From an uncultured Eubacteriales bacterium (GTDB taxonomy: Bacteria; Bacillota; Clostridia; Christensenellales; Aristaeellaceae): DNA of 55,811 nucleotides. Position 1 is the first letter of the stretch. Every line of letters starts with the position of its first letter. The notes under the pieces are model-generated. The model did no database searches, was not told the origin of the DNA, and worked only from the letters and a program-made list of their open reading frames with translations. Location of the stretch: positions 1-55,811 of the forward strand of contig ONWQ01000428.1 in assembly GCA_900321565.1 (NCBI GenBank). Reading direction: 5' to 3'. Both the position numbers and the translations under genes were made by a program. Positions 9,065 through 18,892 of this stretch are shown here, one piece after another.

Positions 9065-10249
9065 TTACTGAGGAAGAGAGACACTGTATACCTGTGTGCC
9101 GGACGCGATAATAGCACGGCCGCCCTTGGTCAGACCGATCAGACTGGTTGCCGACCGATTGTCCGGTAACGGCAGCGCGTAACCGTAAAAACGCTGGGTG
9201 TCGATATCTGAACGGTACAGATAATCACCGGATATGGCGTACAGGTTCCGGCCCTGGATTGCTGCGCCTATACAGGTGCTTGGAAGCGTGTACCGCCGGT
9301 CCTGCGTGCCAGTGAATACACGCAGTTCAGTGATATTCTGGCTGCCGGTCATCTGTGCTGTCGGAGCTAGAAGCATATAAGCAGGACCGCGATCAGGAAT
9401 ATAGGAATCGATCAGCTGCCATCCATAGACCAGTCGTGAACTGGTCATATCCCGTACAGCCTTATAATCAAATGTATACATCTGCTGAGTCGTGAAAACC
9501 CGGAGATGGTTATCTTCAAAAAGTACCTTATACGCCAGAAACTCTCCCAGGTTGACAATGCCGGTATTCATTTTGCCAACCTGAAAAGTATTCAGAACCG
9601 TATTGATGGCAGTCCCGAAAACATCCATGGAAAGTGTCCACATATACTGGTCTGCTTCACCAAAAAAACCGACATCCAGCAGCATCATACCGGAAAAAGC
9701 TTCATACTCTTCGTCAATAGGCGTACCGTCCAGATTCTTTACAACAAGATCAGGCTCGGTATCATCCCCGATAACAGCAGCACAGTAGTGGCTGCCTATG
9801 CGCGCGAACTGAACTTCCCCGGACATGTTTTCGTTGTAGGAAGGATGCCCGTTGCTGTCCACAATAAACAACTGGGTACCGCTCCAGATGACGAGATGCG
9901 TGTCAGATACTGAAAACTTGGCACCGATACCGACCGGAAAGCTCCATCGGATCCCGCCGCTTTCTCCCAGGCAATGGATGGAGGTGCCATCGTAATACAG
10001 TACGGAGTTGCCGAACGGGGTTACGGACTGATCGGCAGTACAGGGAAAAGATACATAGGAGATTTCAGCGGTGTTGCCAATATTCCGGACCCACCGGATT
10101 CCAAAGGCAATCAGCGCGACGGCAAGCAGCAGAATGATCCAGTTGCGGATCTGGATACGCCGGCGCTGGTCCTGCGCAAGCATTTCGCTGTAGCGCCCCT
10201 TGTTTTTATTTTGCTGAATGGGAACCACTCCTTTCCGCTGTTGTGTCAT
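9065..10249 (-). CDS. Membrane-anchored hypothetical protein with one N-terminal TM helix and a beta-rich extracytoplasmic domain, possibly DUF5711-like
   Basis: ORF 9065-10288 encodes a basic cytoplasmic stretch, then a TM segment (WIILLLAVALIAFGI), then about 330 aa rich in beta-strand-like repeats. The start is uncertain: the ATG at 10249 is chosen, the ATG at 10183 is also possible, and no strong SD supports either. Confidence 0.55.
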   Translation of the reverse strand: MTQQRKGVVPIQQNKNKGRYSEMLAQDQRRRIQIRNWIILLLAVALIAFGIRWVRNIGNTAEISYVSFPCTADQSVTPFGNSVLYYDGTSIHCLGESGGIRWSFPVGIGAKFSVSDTHLVIWSGTQLFIVDSNGHPSYNENMSGEVQFARIGSHYCAAVIGDDTEPDLVVKNLDGTPIDEEYEAFSGMMLLDVGFFGEADQYMWTLSMDVFGTAINTVLNTFQVGKMNTGIVNLGEFLAYKVLFEDNHLRVFTTQQMYTFDYKAVRDMTSSRLVYGWQLIDSYIPDRGPAYMLLAPTAQMTGSQNITELRVFTGTQDRRYTLPSTCIGAAIQGRNLYAISGDYLYRSDIDTQRFYGYALPLPDNRSATSLIGLTKGGRAIIASGTQVYSVSLPQ

Positions 10250-10340
10250 CCCAGAATGATAACACAGGCTGTGAATAGTGACAAGCAACGAGTTTGGATC
10301 TCTGGCATTTTTGCATCAGATACGTATAGCCCGAGATGCA

Positions 10341-10369
10341 TTGTAAAAGCGGTTTTTGCATGATAGAAT
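10341..10369 (+). promoter_or_regulatory. Candidate sigma-A promoter for rfbA (TTGTAA-17 nt-TAGAAT with an extended -10 TG)
   Basis: TTGTAA at 10341-10346, a 17-nt spacer, TG at 10361-10362 and TAGAAT at 10364-10369, about 50 nt upstream of the rfbA ATG. Confidence 0.5.
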
Positions 10370-10420
10370 GGCCTCAGCTCACAGGCAAGTGAGTAAAGAA
10401 TATGATGGAGTGAATAAGGC

Positions 10421-11305
10421 ATGAAAGGTATTATATTGGCTGGCGGCGCAGGGACCCGACTGTATCCATTGACCATGGTAACCAGTAAACAGCTTCTCCC
10501 TGTTTATGATAAACCTATGATCTATTATCCGCTTTCCACACTGATGCTTGCAGGAATTCGGGATATTCTGATTATTTCCACACCCGTGGATACACCAAGG
10601 TTTGAAGCACTCCTGGGTGATGGCAGCGAGTTTGGTATTCACCTGACGTATGCGGTCCAGCCATCACCGGACGGACTGGCACAGGCGTTTATTATTGGTG
10701 AAGATTTTATTGGTGGCGAGCCGTGTGCCATGGTACTGGGCGATAACATTTTTTATGGCAACGGATTCTCAACCGTACTCAGGGAAGCTGTGGAGAATGC
10801 CGAGCATGGCCGGGCGACGATCTTCGGATACTACGTGAATGATCCGGAACGCTTTGGCATTGTTGAGTTTGACGCCGATGGGCATGTACTCAGTGTGGAA
10901 GAAAAACCGGCACATCCCAAGAGCCATTACTGCATTACCGGTCTGTACTTTTATGATGGACGCGCATCTCAGATGGCCAGGACGGTCAAACCTTCTGCAC
11001 GGGGTGAACTGGAGATTACGTCCATGAATGACCTTTATCTGAAGGATGGTACACTGGACGTTAAGCTGCTGGGCCGTGGTTATGCCTGGCTGGATACCGG
11101 AACCATGGATTCGCTCGTGGATGCTGCTGACTTTGTAAGAATGATTGAGAAAAGACAGAGCATCAAAATCTCAGCCCCGGAAGAGATTGCTTACAGGCAT
11201 GGCTGGATAACCCGTGAAAAATTGCAGGAATCAGCTGCGCGGTATGGGAAGAGTCCGTATGGCGAGCACCTGAAAGCGGTTGCAGAAGGGAAGATCCGTT
11301 ACTGA
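10421..11305 (+). CDS. rfbA: Glucose-1-phosphate thymidylyltransferase
   Basis: [18 protein letters not shown]...[32 protein letters not shown] is the canonical RmlA N-terminus. The 294-aa length is typical. Confidence 0.95.
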   Translation: MKGIILAGGAGTRLYPLTMVTSKQLLPVYDKPMIYYPLSTLMLAGIRDILIISTPVDTPRFEALLGDGSEFGIHLTYAVQPSPDGLAQAFIIGEDFIGGEPCAMVLGDNIFYGNGFSTVLREAVENAEHGRATIFGYYVNDPERFGIVEFDADGHVLSVEEKPAHPKSHYCITGLYFYDGRASQMARTVKPSARGELEITSMNDLYLKDGTLDVKLLGRGYAWLDTGTMDSLVDAADFVRMIEKRQSIKISAPEEIAYRHGWITREKLQESAARYGKSPYGEHLKAVAEGKIRY

Positions 11306-12948
11306 TGTCAGGGCAGACCGGTAAAGCTGAGGGAAAGATACTTTTTGCCTGGCTTGGCATTCTTATTCTGGCAGTCTTTCCTCTGGCGTTTCATTCATAT
11401 GCTGATACAACCCGGTTTAAGATGGAAGCCATGCTGTTGATGACCACAGGCATGGCTTTCAGTGCAGTGTGCACATTTGGGTACTGGAGAAAGGGAATAC
11501 GCTGGAAGAATCTGAGCAGATTCCTGGGGCTCGGGTATTTTGTGCTGACGGCAAGCTCTGCATTCCTGGGTTCCATGCATGATCTGTCAGGCCCATCCGG
11601 GGCCGTAGTATGGATGGGGGCCTTGAGATATGAGGGCATGATCTCCCAGCTGTGTTATGGCCTGATTTTCCTCCTGATGAGCATGCATCCTGCAGATATA
11701 AGGAAAGTCATGCATGGTGCGGTGATCGGGATGGTGATTTATGCAGGGATTGTCGGCCTGCAGTATGCCGGCCAGAATCCGCTGCGGCTGTTTCCCGGCG
11801 GGCGCTCAATACTGACCAATTATGAATTCCAGGGACCGTTGGGCAACATTGACATGGTCACAGTTTACCTGATGATCGTGATTCCTCTGGGCATACTTCC
11901 GTATGTTCTGGATGGCGGACGGGAAGCATTGCGATATATGATGCTTTCCATACCTGGTATTCTGTTGATCATGATGATGGAAGTGCAGTCCGGACTGATC
12001 GCGCTTGTGGTCGGTGCCTGTCTTCTGGTTTGTCTGGGCCTCAGACGTCCGGGATGCCGCGCACGCATGAGCTTTGTGCTGATGATTGCATGCCTGTGCG
12101 GAGCGTTGCGCAGCTGTATTGGCCTGCCGTGGCTAGATGGAACGGAGTCCGTAGGTTTCGTCTGGGCTCATTCGTATGAGTGCATAGTGTTCCTTGTTGC
12201 TGCAGCCGGTCTTATGCTTCTTGCACTGCTTTTCCGAAAGCATCCGGGCAGACAGATGGCAAAAAAATGGCTTGTTACCGGTCTGACAGGAATCCTTATT
12301 CTTGCAGTTGCGCTTATATATTTCTTCCCGTTTTCGCCCGGACAGGGGGCGCTGTATGAAATGCATGCCATGCTTCACGGACAGTTCGATGACAGTTTCG
12401 GTTCATATCGTCTGGGTGTATGGAAGCAGACATTGCGCATGAGCATGAACGCGCTCTGGTTTGGCACAGGACCTGATACTTTTTATTATGCTTTCGGAGA
12501 TTACCTGAAGGCACAGGCGCTTTCTTTCCCGGAAACTTTTGATACGCCTCATAATCTGTATCTTGGTATATTGGCAAATCATGGGCTGCTGGCATTGCTC
12601 GGGTATCTGGCCATGCTGATCTGTCTGATCCGGAAACTGGCACGCAGCAACTCCACAGAGAGTATGATGCTGCTGGGATCATGCATTCTGTATTCGGTTA
12701 CCAGCTTTTTTGTATTCAGTCTTTGTCTGATTTCGCCATTGGCCTGGTGTATCTTCGGTATGGCGGCAGGACTTGCGGACAATGAAGAACAAACAGAACT
12801 CGGGGGACATAAGGATGATCAATTTATCACTGATAAAAAGCAAGGCCAGAGAAGTGCTCCGAACGAACATGCCGTCAGCGCTGCTGATTACTCTGTTAGC
12901 AACGCTTCCGTCACTGTGTCTGCAGATCGCAATGAACATGACGCTTGA
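11305..12948 (+). CDS. O-antigen ligase / Wzy_C family polytopic membrane protein
   Basis: The ATG overlaps the rfbA stop by 1 nt. The product has many TM segments and the Wzy_C-type motif PHNLYLGILANHGLLALLGYL. A hydrophilic C-terminal tail of about 55 aa overlaps the next gene. Confidence 0.7.
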   Translation: MSGQTGKAEGKILFAWLGILILAVFPLAFHSYADTTRFKMEAMLLMTTGMAFSAVCTFGYWRKGIRWKNLSRFLGLGYFVLTASSAFLGSMHDLSGPSGAVVWMGALRYEGMISQLCYGLIFLLMSMHPADIRKVMHGAVIGMVIYAGIVGLQYAGQNPLRLFPGGRSILTNYEFQGPLGNIDMVTVYLMIVIPLGILPYVLDGGREALRYMMLSIPGILLIMMMEVQSGLIALVVGACLLVCLGLRRPGCRARMSFVLMIACLCGALRSCIGLPWLDGTESVGFVWAHSYECIVFLVAAAGLMLLALLFRKHPGRQMAKKWLVTGLTGILILAVALIYFFPFSPGQGALYEMHAMLHGQFDDSFGSYRLGVWKQTLRMSMNALWFGTGPDTFYYAFGDYLKAQALSFPETFDTPHNLYLGILANHGLLALLGYLAMLICLIRKLARSNSTESMMLLGSCILYSVTSFFVFSLCLISPLAWCIFGMAAGLADNEEQTELGGHKDDQFITDKKQGQRSAPNEHAVSAADYSVSNASVTVSADRNEHDA

Positions 12949-13702
12949 TCCGCTGATGCGGATCATCGAGCAGTTCAGGTTCGCTGAAATGACTGTACCG
13001 GCATTGTCCAGGATGTTTCGTGCGCTCATCCAGAATCTGACACCGACGGCAAGAGGACTGTGGTTGATGATACCGGTTCTTTTTCTGCTCCTGCCGTTCC
13101 TGAGTCTGGGCAGACATTGGTTCACACTCCGGATTCTCCGAGGTATGGAAGGAAACTGGACGGATGTCTTCGGCCGCCTGGGTTGCTTTGTGAAAGCCAT
13201 CGGGCTTCATGTACTTCTGATTCTTCTGATTGTACTGTGGGGTATGCCCGGGCTTATGATCATGCTGCTGGGCGCGTATATTGCGATTTCCAATGGCAAC
13301 CTGAATGCGTTTACTTCCCTTTATTCCATCGGTATGGTCGTCTCGGTGGTGCTGATGGTCCGGGCCTCTCTGACATATGAGTTATCGGACATTGAAATGG
13401 CAGACGAACCGGAAAAAAGTATACTTACATGTCTGAGGAACAGCAGGGAACGCATGAACGGCCTGAAATTCATGCTTCTGATGCTGGTGGTTTCGTTTCT
13501 GGGGTATATACTCCTGTCTGAATTGCTCACCTCTTTTCTGGGCCAGATTTCCTATGTGGTTGCCATGGCTGTCAGTATTGCGCTGAGTCTGGTGATATCA
13601 GCGTATATGGAAACGGCAGTATGTGCCTTCTATGAACAGGTAAAGTTCATCCGGAAGAACGTGGAAGCTGAAGGACAGACTATGCCATCTGAGGGAGAAT
13701 GA
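12815..13702 (+). CDS. DUF975-like integral membrane protein
   Basis: ORF 12773-13702. The N-terminus MINLSLIKSKAREVLRTN followed by several TM segments resembles DUF975 proteins. Start candidates are TTG 12773, ATG 12782 and ATG 12815, and all overlap the preceding ORF. Confidence 0.55.
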   Translation: MINLSLIKSKAREVLRTNMPSALLITLLATLPSLCLQIAMNMTLDPLMRIIEQFRFAEMTVPALSRMFRALIQNLTPTARGLWLMIPVLFLLLPFLSLGRHWFTLRILRGMEGNWTDVFGRLGCFVKAIGLHVLLILLIVLWGMPGLMIMLLGAYIAISNGNLNAFTSLYSIGMVVSVVLMVRASLTYELSDIEMADEPEKSILTCLRNSRERMNGLKFMLLMLVVSFLGYILLSELLTSFLGQISYVVAMAVSIALSLVISAYMETAVCAFYEQVKFIRKNVEAEGQTMPSEGE

Positions 13703-13703
13703 T

Positions 13704-15116
13704 ATGCGCAATCCACAGAGTGCATTCTCGTGGCGGGTCTTTCTCAGACAGGTTGCTGTTATAGCAGTCCCTGTTGCTCTGCAGAATCTTCTGACAACAA
13801 CAGGGTCCATGATTGATACCATGATGGTTGCTTCTCTGGGAGAGACAACCGTAGGCGCAGTTGGTCTGTGCGCACAGTATTCGTCGCTCATGTTCAGCGG
13901 CTACTGGGGATTCGTCGGGGGCGGGATGCTGTTCTTTTCCCAGTACTATGGTGCTGAAGATGAACAGGGGATCCGGAGAGCGTATGGCCTGACGCTGACG
14001 TGTATGATGACTGTCGGACTGACTTTTGCTCTGATGGGGCTTTGCTTTCCGGGTGCAGTCATGCGGCTGTATACGGACAAGGAGCCCTTTCAGCTACTGG
14101 GTATACAATACCTGCGCATCAGCGGTTTTGCATACCCGTTACAGGTGCTGGCCATGGCCATGTCTGCACTGTTGCGGTCAACTGAACGTGTCAGGATACC
14201 ACTCTTTGGTGCAGCCTGTTCAGTGGTTACAAACTGTCTGCTCAATTATTGTCTGATTTATGGGCATCTGGGGTTTCCTAAAATGGGAATCCAGGGTGCG
14301 GCTCTTGCGACTGTGTTATCTGCACTGGTCAATGTACTGGTGATACTGCTTCTGGCATGGCGGCATGGCGACCGGCGCCTGTTTGCGGTCCGGCAACAAT
14401 TCAGCTGGAACCGTGTGTTCGTGAAAAACTATTTTATGAAGTGCTTTCCGATTCTCTGTAATGAAGTACTGATCGGCGTGGGAAACATGCTGATCAATCT
14501 GGTGCTGGGAAGACAGAGCGGTGAGGCAATTGCGGCGCTGGCGGTTGTCCGAACACTGGAAGGTCTGGTGATCGGATTTTTTGCTGGCTTTTCAAATGCG
14601 GCGTCTGTTCTGGTGGGTAAGGAGGTCGGAGCGGGCCATCTGAAGTCAGCATATGATCGGGCCTGGCGGATTGTATACCTGTGCATGTCAGTCATTGCCG
14701 CGCTTGTCCTGTGTCTTTATGGAATCCGTTCGCCAGTTCTGCATGCGCTGGGACTGGCCGGAGAATCATATCAGCTCGGTAGTCGCATGCTGTTGATTTA
14801 TGCATTGGCAGCGGTGATCCGCATGGGCAACTGGACACAGAATGATACGTATCGCTCTGCAGGGGATGCGACATTTGGTACGGTTCTTGAGATCGTATTC
14901 ATGTTTGCGATGGTGCTTCCCTGCGTTTTTGTCAGCGGTATGATCATGCACGCTGAGTTTCCGTGGGTTTTTGCATGTTGCTATGTGGACGAAATTGTGC
15001 GCTTTGTGCTGATGCAGAAACATATGTACTCAGCACGCTGGATTCGTCCGGTGACTCAGGAGGGCCAGGACGCACTGGACGCTTTCCTGATAGAGAGAGG
15101 TGTGAAGCGTGCGTGA
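13704..15116 (+). CDS. MATE family efflux transporter
   Basis: 470-aa polytopic protein with a GAGGGAG SD. It has MATE-like halves (VPVALQNLLTTTGSMIDTMMVASLG and CFPILCNEVLIGVGNMLINLVLG). Confidence 0.9.
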   Translation: MRNPQSAFSWRVFLRQVAVIAVPVALQNLLTTTGSMIDTMMVASLGETTVGAVGLCAQYSSLMFSGYWGFVGGGMLFFSQYYGAEDEQGIRRAYGLTLTCMMTVGLTFALMGLCFPGAVMRLYTDKEPFQLLGIQYLRISGFAYPLQVLAMAMSALLRSTERVRIPLFGAACSVVTNCLLNYCLIYGHLGFPKMGIQGAALATVLSALVNVLVILLLAWRHGDRRLFAVRQQFSWNRVFVKNYFMKCFPILCNEVLIGVGNMLINLVLGRQSGEAIAALAVVRTLEGLVIGFFAGFSNAASVLVGKEVGAGHLKSAYDRAWRIVYLCMSVIAALVLCLYGIRSPVLHALGLAGESYQLGSRMLLIYALAAVIRMGNWTQNDTYRSAGDATFGTVLEIVFMFAMVLPCVFVSGMIMHAEFPWVFACCYVDEIVRFVLMQKHMYSARWIRPVTQEGQDALDAFLIERGVKRA

Positions 15117-15942
15117 AATGACGCCGGCTGAACAGATAGAGCGAAGCCTGAACAAGCGCTTTCGGAAAACGTTATGGAATCCGTTTATTGCAGCAATCAA
15201 ACGCTATGAACTTATAGCGCCCGGGGACCGGATTGCGGTATGTATTTCCGGGGGCAAGGATTCTATGCTTATGGCAAAACTGCTTCAGATGCTTCAGAAA
15301 CATTCCGAGTTTCCGTTTGAAGTCAGGTACCTGTGCATGGATCCTGGTTATACATCCGAGATTCGATCGAGTATAGTCCGGAATGCGGAAATCATGGGTG
15401 TGCCACTGAACATTTTTGAGAGCGATGTGTTTGAGGCTGTGAAACAGGCGGATACCCATCCGTGCTTTCTATGCGCACGTATGCGCAGGGGCTGTCTGTA
15501 CCGGCATGCACAGGAAGAAGGCTGCAATAAGATTGCACTGGGACATCACCTGAATGATGTGATAGAGACAACACTTATGAGTATGCTGTATGGTGCACAG
15601 ATCCAGGGTATGCTTCCGCGGGTACGCAGCCGGAACTTTGAAGGGATGGAGCTGATCAGGCCGCTCTATTGTGTAAAGGAACAGGATATTCTGGCTTTCT
15701 GCAGATATCATTCACTTGCCTTTATCCAGTGTGCGTGCGATGTCTCAGCAAGGAATATGGAATCCGGAAACGGATCAAAGCGCCAGGAAATAAAACAGCT
15801 GATTGCCACACTGAAGAAAACAAACCCGATAATAGAGGATAATCTGTTTGCAGCGATTCATGATGTGCGTCTGGATACATTGCTTGGCTGGAAAGCACAG
15901 GGGAAAGCCTGTGTGCAAAGCTATATGGAATCGGAATCCTGA
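15109..15942 (+). CDS. PP-loop ATPase of the TtcA (tRNA 2-thiocytidine) family
   Basis: It carries the PP-loop CISGGKDS plus the cysteine motifs CFLCARMRRGC and IQCAC. The GTG start at 15109 lies 8 nt after AGAGAGG and overlaps the end of the MATE gene. Confidence 0.8.
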   Translation: MREMTPAEQIERSLNKRFRKTLWNPFIAAIKRYELIAPGDRIAVCISGGKDSMLMAKLLQMLQKHSEFPFEVRYLCMDPGYTSEIRSSIVRNAEIMGVPLNIFESDVFEAVKQADTHPCFLCARMRRGCLYRHAQEEGCNKIALGHHLNDVIETTLMSMLYGAQIQGMLPRVRSRNFEGMELIRPLYCVKEQDILAFCRYHSLAFIQCACDVSARNMESGNGSKRQEIKQLIATLKKTNPIIEDNLFAAIHDVRLDTLLGWKAQGKACVQSYMESES

Positions 15943-15981
15943 TGACTGTAAACTTGGGTTCAGCCATGGAGGAACTAAAGT

Positions 15982-17010
15982 ATGATACAGGCAGCAGATT
16001 ACGCAAACGAACTCGTTAGTGTGATTGTTCCGGTGTACAATGTGGCACCGTATCTTCCGGCATGCCTGGAAAGCATAATCCGTCAGACATACCGAAACCT
16101 GGAAGTCCTGGTCATTGATGATGGTTCCACAGACGATTCCGGCAGGATCTGTGATGAATATCAGAAAAAAGATGCGCGGATCAAGGTCTTTCATCAGGCA
16201 AACAGCGGCCTGAGCGCAGCGAGGAATGCAGGGCTTGACCGGGCATCAGGCGCATGGTTGATATTCCTGGATTCAGATGATTTCCTGGAGCCTGAAATGG
16301 TGGAGGTTATGTTAAAGAACCAGAAAGCGCATCAGGCGGATATGGTTATCTGCGGATACAGGTCCGAACGAGAAAATCATGCTGTCAGGATCTGCAGTGC
16401 GCCGGAAGGAGAATACACCGGATATCAGGCCATGCTGAGTGCGATGAGTCGCGGTGGAATTGCGGCTTCTGTCTGGAGCAGACTTTATCCCTCGGACATG
16501 TTTCACCAGATCCGGTTTCCTGAAGGCCGGGTGTACGAGGATCTCAGTGTGCTGTTTCGGATTCTCAGCTCTTGCAGCAGAATATATGTAACCGGACAGC
16601 CATTGGTGTATTACAGATATCGGGAGGACAGTATATGTCATACTACCTCCATGAAGCATGCGCAGGACTGTCTGACAGCTTGCCGGGAGCTTGTGACATT
16701 TGCAGAGCAGCAGGTGAAGGAGGATCCGGAGAACCGACTGAAAAACAAGGCTAATGCATGCCTGATGAGACACGGAATCCAGAACTGGGTTCGTCTGGCC
16801 GGTGTCGGGGACAAGGATACGCAGAAGTACAGACAAGATCTGCGCAAGGAGATCATCCGGAGCGTGTCGAAAACCGCAGCACTGAATCTGAGGTGGAAGG
16901 TAGCTTTTGCATTGCTTGTATGTTGTCCGCCTGCCTGCCAGGCTTTATTCCGGGCGTATCACACGATAACAAACCGGGTATGGTATCGCGGTTGCAGAAA
17001 CGGATTCTGA
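15982..17010 (+). CDS. Family 2 glycosyltransferase
   Basis: VSVIVPVYNVAPYLPACLESIIRQTYRNLEVLVIDDGSTDDS and the DSDD motif (FLDSDDF). GGAGGA lies 8 nt upstream of the ATG. Confidence 0.85.
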   Translation: MIQAADYANELVSVIVPVYNVAPYLPACLESIIRQTYRNLEVLVIDDGSTDDSGRICDEYQKKDARIKVFHQANSGLSAARNAGLDRASGAWLIFLDSDDFLEPEMVEVMLKNQKAHQADMVICGYRSERENHAVRICSAPEGEYTGYQAMLSAMSRGGIAASVWSRLYPSDMFHQIRFPEGRVYEDLSVLFRILSSCSRIYVTGQPLVYYRYREDSICHTTSMKHAQDCLTACRELVTFAEQQVKEDPENRLKNKANACLMRHGIQNWVRLAGVGDKDTQKYRQDLRKEIIRSVSKTAALNLRWKVAFALLVCCPPACQALFRAYHTITNRVWYRGCRNGF

Positions 17011-17341
17011 AAAACTGCCAACAGACAACACGGAAGAAAAGCAATGAAAGGTTCGGGCAGTGAATGCACGATGCCCGGGGTACCTGGAGTGAGAAAACAT
17101 CAGCACGGAGACTTTACACCGGTCAGAACGCAGCTTTTCTGGTATGATGGGCATTTGGGGTGGCTGATAGCAGCACTGCCGTAAATGAGCACATTCCAGA
17201 CTGCATGCCGTGGAAACCAAAGCCCCGGGGACAGGTGGTATCTGGATTCTGAATGAAACAGGCATGTATATATGATCTGCATGAGTGGTGAAGATGACTT
17301 ACCTTATGTGATTGAACAATAATGAATGATTCCTAACGGGG

Positions 17342-17438
17342 AACAGGCCCTGAACAGCAGATATGCAGCTGGCTCCTGAGTGCAGACACTGGGAGAAACC
17401 AGCCCGGAAGGCATATCTGATGGTTCAGAGCCTGTTTT
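17342..17438 (+). terminator. Long rod-like imperfect hairpin followed by TTTT (terminator-like, or a structured RNA)
   Basis: The outer arms 17342-17366 and 17411-17436 pair over about 22 bp with one internal loop. Inner helices are GCTGG/CCAGC, CTCC/GGAG and AGTG/CACT around a 4-nt loop. The second arm runs into a TTTT tract (17435-17438). Confidence 0.4.
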
Positions 17439-17458
17439 ATGTGACGCGGGTCATGTAT

Positions 17459-18892
17459 TTAGTCGGTTATTCTGATGCCGAGGCATGAGTATGATATTTC
17501 GGAAGCCGAGGGCAGTCGGTTCTGATGAAGTTGAATGCCGTGATCAGAAAAATCGATAAGGAAGATGTCTTCAAAAGGAGTTTCGGTATAACAGAAATGC
17601 AGGTACAAAGATTGCCCGCGACGTGAAGCCCGAACGTACGCAGTCTGATAAAAGCCGGGATTATGGGTATATCCGCCAGAAAGGTAAGAGGGATCGCTAC
17701 GGGACAAAGTGCACGGAGTCCAGTCTGTGCTGCAGAGCGGAATCCGGCTTGGCTGACCTTCAATCATGAAATCAAGCGCATCACGGCTGACCCTGATTTC
17801 TTCCAGGTGCAAGGGATTATCCAGGAGCCGATAGTCTCCGGTCCATGTTTCGTCAGGGATCGGTTCAGAGATGTTCAGATCATGCTCTTCCCAGTATGCC
17901 GGAGAGACGTAATGTTCAGGGATGCGTGATAAGGCGGACTGACCGGAGAGCATGTCAACAGCAGGAAGCACATGGGTCCAGAGGGATTGCATGACAGCAC
18001 CCATATTGGTTACTCCGCTGTTCATGGCAATGACCATATCCTGGTCCGGAAGGATGATACAGTATTGCCCAAACGCACCGTCACCCCGATAGACATTTTT
18101 CGGCTGGCACATCCAGAACTGGTAGCCATATCCGGCGCCCCAGTCACTGGTCGGATCATGTGTCCTGCTGGAGTCAGACCAGGCTGATCTGGCGTTGCGG
18201 ATCCAGTCGCGTGAAAGCAGTTGCTTTCCCTGCCATGCGCCTTCCTGGAGATAGAACTGTCCAAGCCGTGCAATATCCTCAATCCGGACATTCAGTCCGA
18301 AACCACCTGCGGCAATACCGGTCGGGGATTCCTCGAACCAGATGTCAGAGCTCATGCCCAGAGGAATCAGGAGCTTTTCACGAAGATATTGCAGCAGCTT
18401 TTTCCCGGTGATTTTCTGAATGATGGCGGAGAGCATGTATGTGGCAGCCGTATTGTACAGAAAATATGTTCCAGGCTCATGCGCAATGTAGCTCTGAAGA
18501 AAGTTCTTTTCCCAGCATGGGCCATTGAGCGGGGGCTCTTTTTCATGACCGGTATTCATAGTGAGCAGGTGCCTGATTCTCAGTTTCTGCATGTTTTCAC
18601 AGGGCTGAGCGGGAAGGTATTCCGGGAAATACCCGATAACAGAGTCTTCAAGCGTGCACAGGCCATCCTGAACGGCAAAGCCAAGTGCTGTGGAGGTAAA
18701 ACTCTTGCTGAGAGAATAGAGCATGTGCTTATCCTGATTGTTCCAGGGTGCAAAGTGGCTTTCAGCACAGACTTGTCCATGTCTGAGAATCATCAGTGCG
18801 TGCAGATGAATTTTCTGCTTTTGCATATCCTGGATGAAGGCAAGAATTCCATCCGGTTGAATACCAACGGCTTCAGGCGGACAACGTTTCAT
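17459..18892 (-). CDS. Beta-lactamase-fold serine hydrolase (class C / esterase-like)
   Basis: 477 aa, with the SxxK motif in YSLSKSFTS near the N-terminus. A GGAGGTG SD is present and the ATG overlaps the upstream TGA (ATGA). Confidence 0.85.
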   Translation of the reverse strand: MKRCPPEAVGIQPDGILAFIQDMQKQKIHLHALMILRHGQVCAESHFAPWNNQDKHMLYSLSKSFTSTALGFAVQDGLCTLEDSVIGYFPEYLPAQPCENMQKLRIRHLLTMNTGHEKEPPLNGPCWEKNFLQSYIAHEPGTYFLYNTAATYMLSAIIQKITGKKLLQYLREKLLIPLGMSSDIWFEESPTGIAAGGFGLNVRIEDIARLGQFYLQEGAWQGKQLLSRDWIRNARSAWSDSSRTHDPTSDWGAGYGYQFWMCQPKNVYRGDGAFGQYCIILPDQDMVIAMNSGVTNMGAVMQSLWTHVLPAVDMLSGQSALSRIPEHYVSPAYWEEHDLNISEPIPDETWTGDYRLLDNPLHLEEIRVSRDALDFMIEGQPSRIPLCSTDWTPCTLSRSDPSYLSGGYTHNPGFYQTAYVRASRRGQSLYLHFCYTETPFEDIFLIDFSDHGIQLHQNRLPSASEISYSCLGIRITD

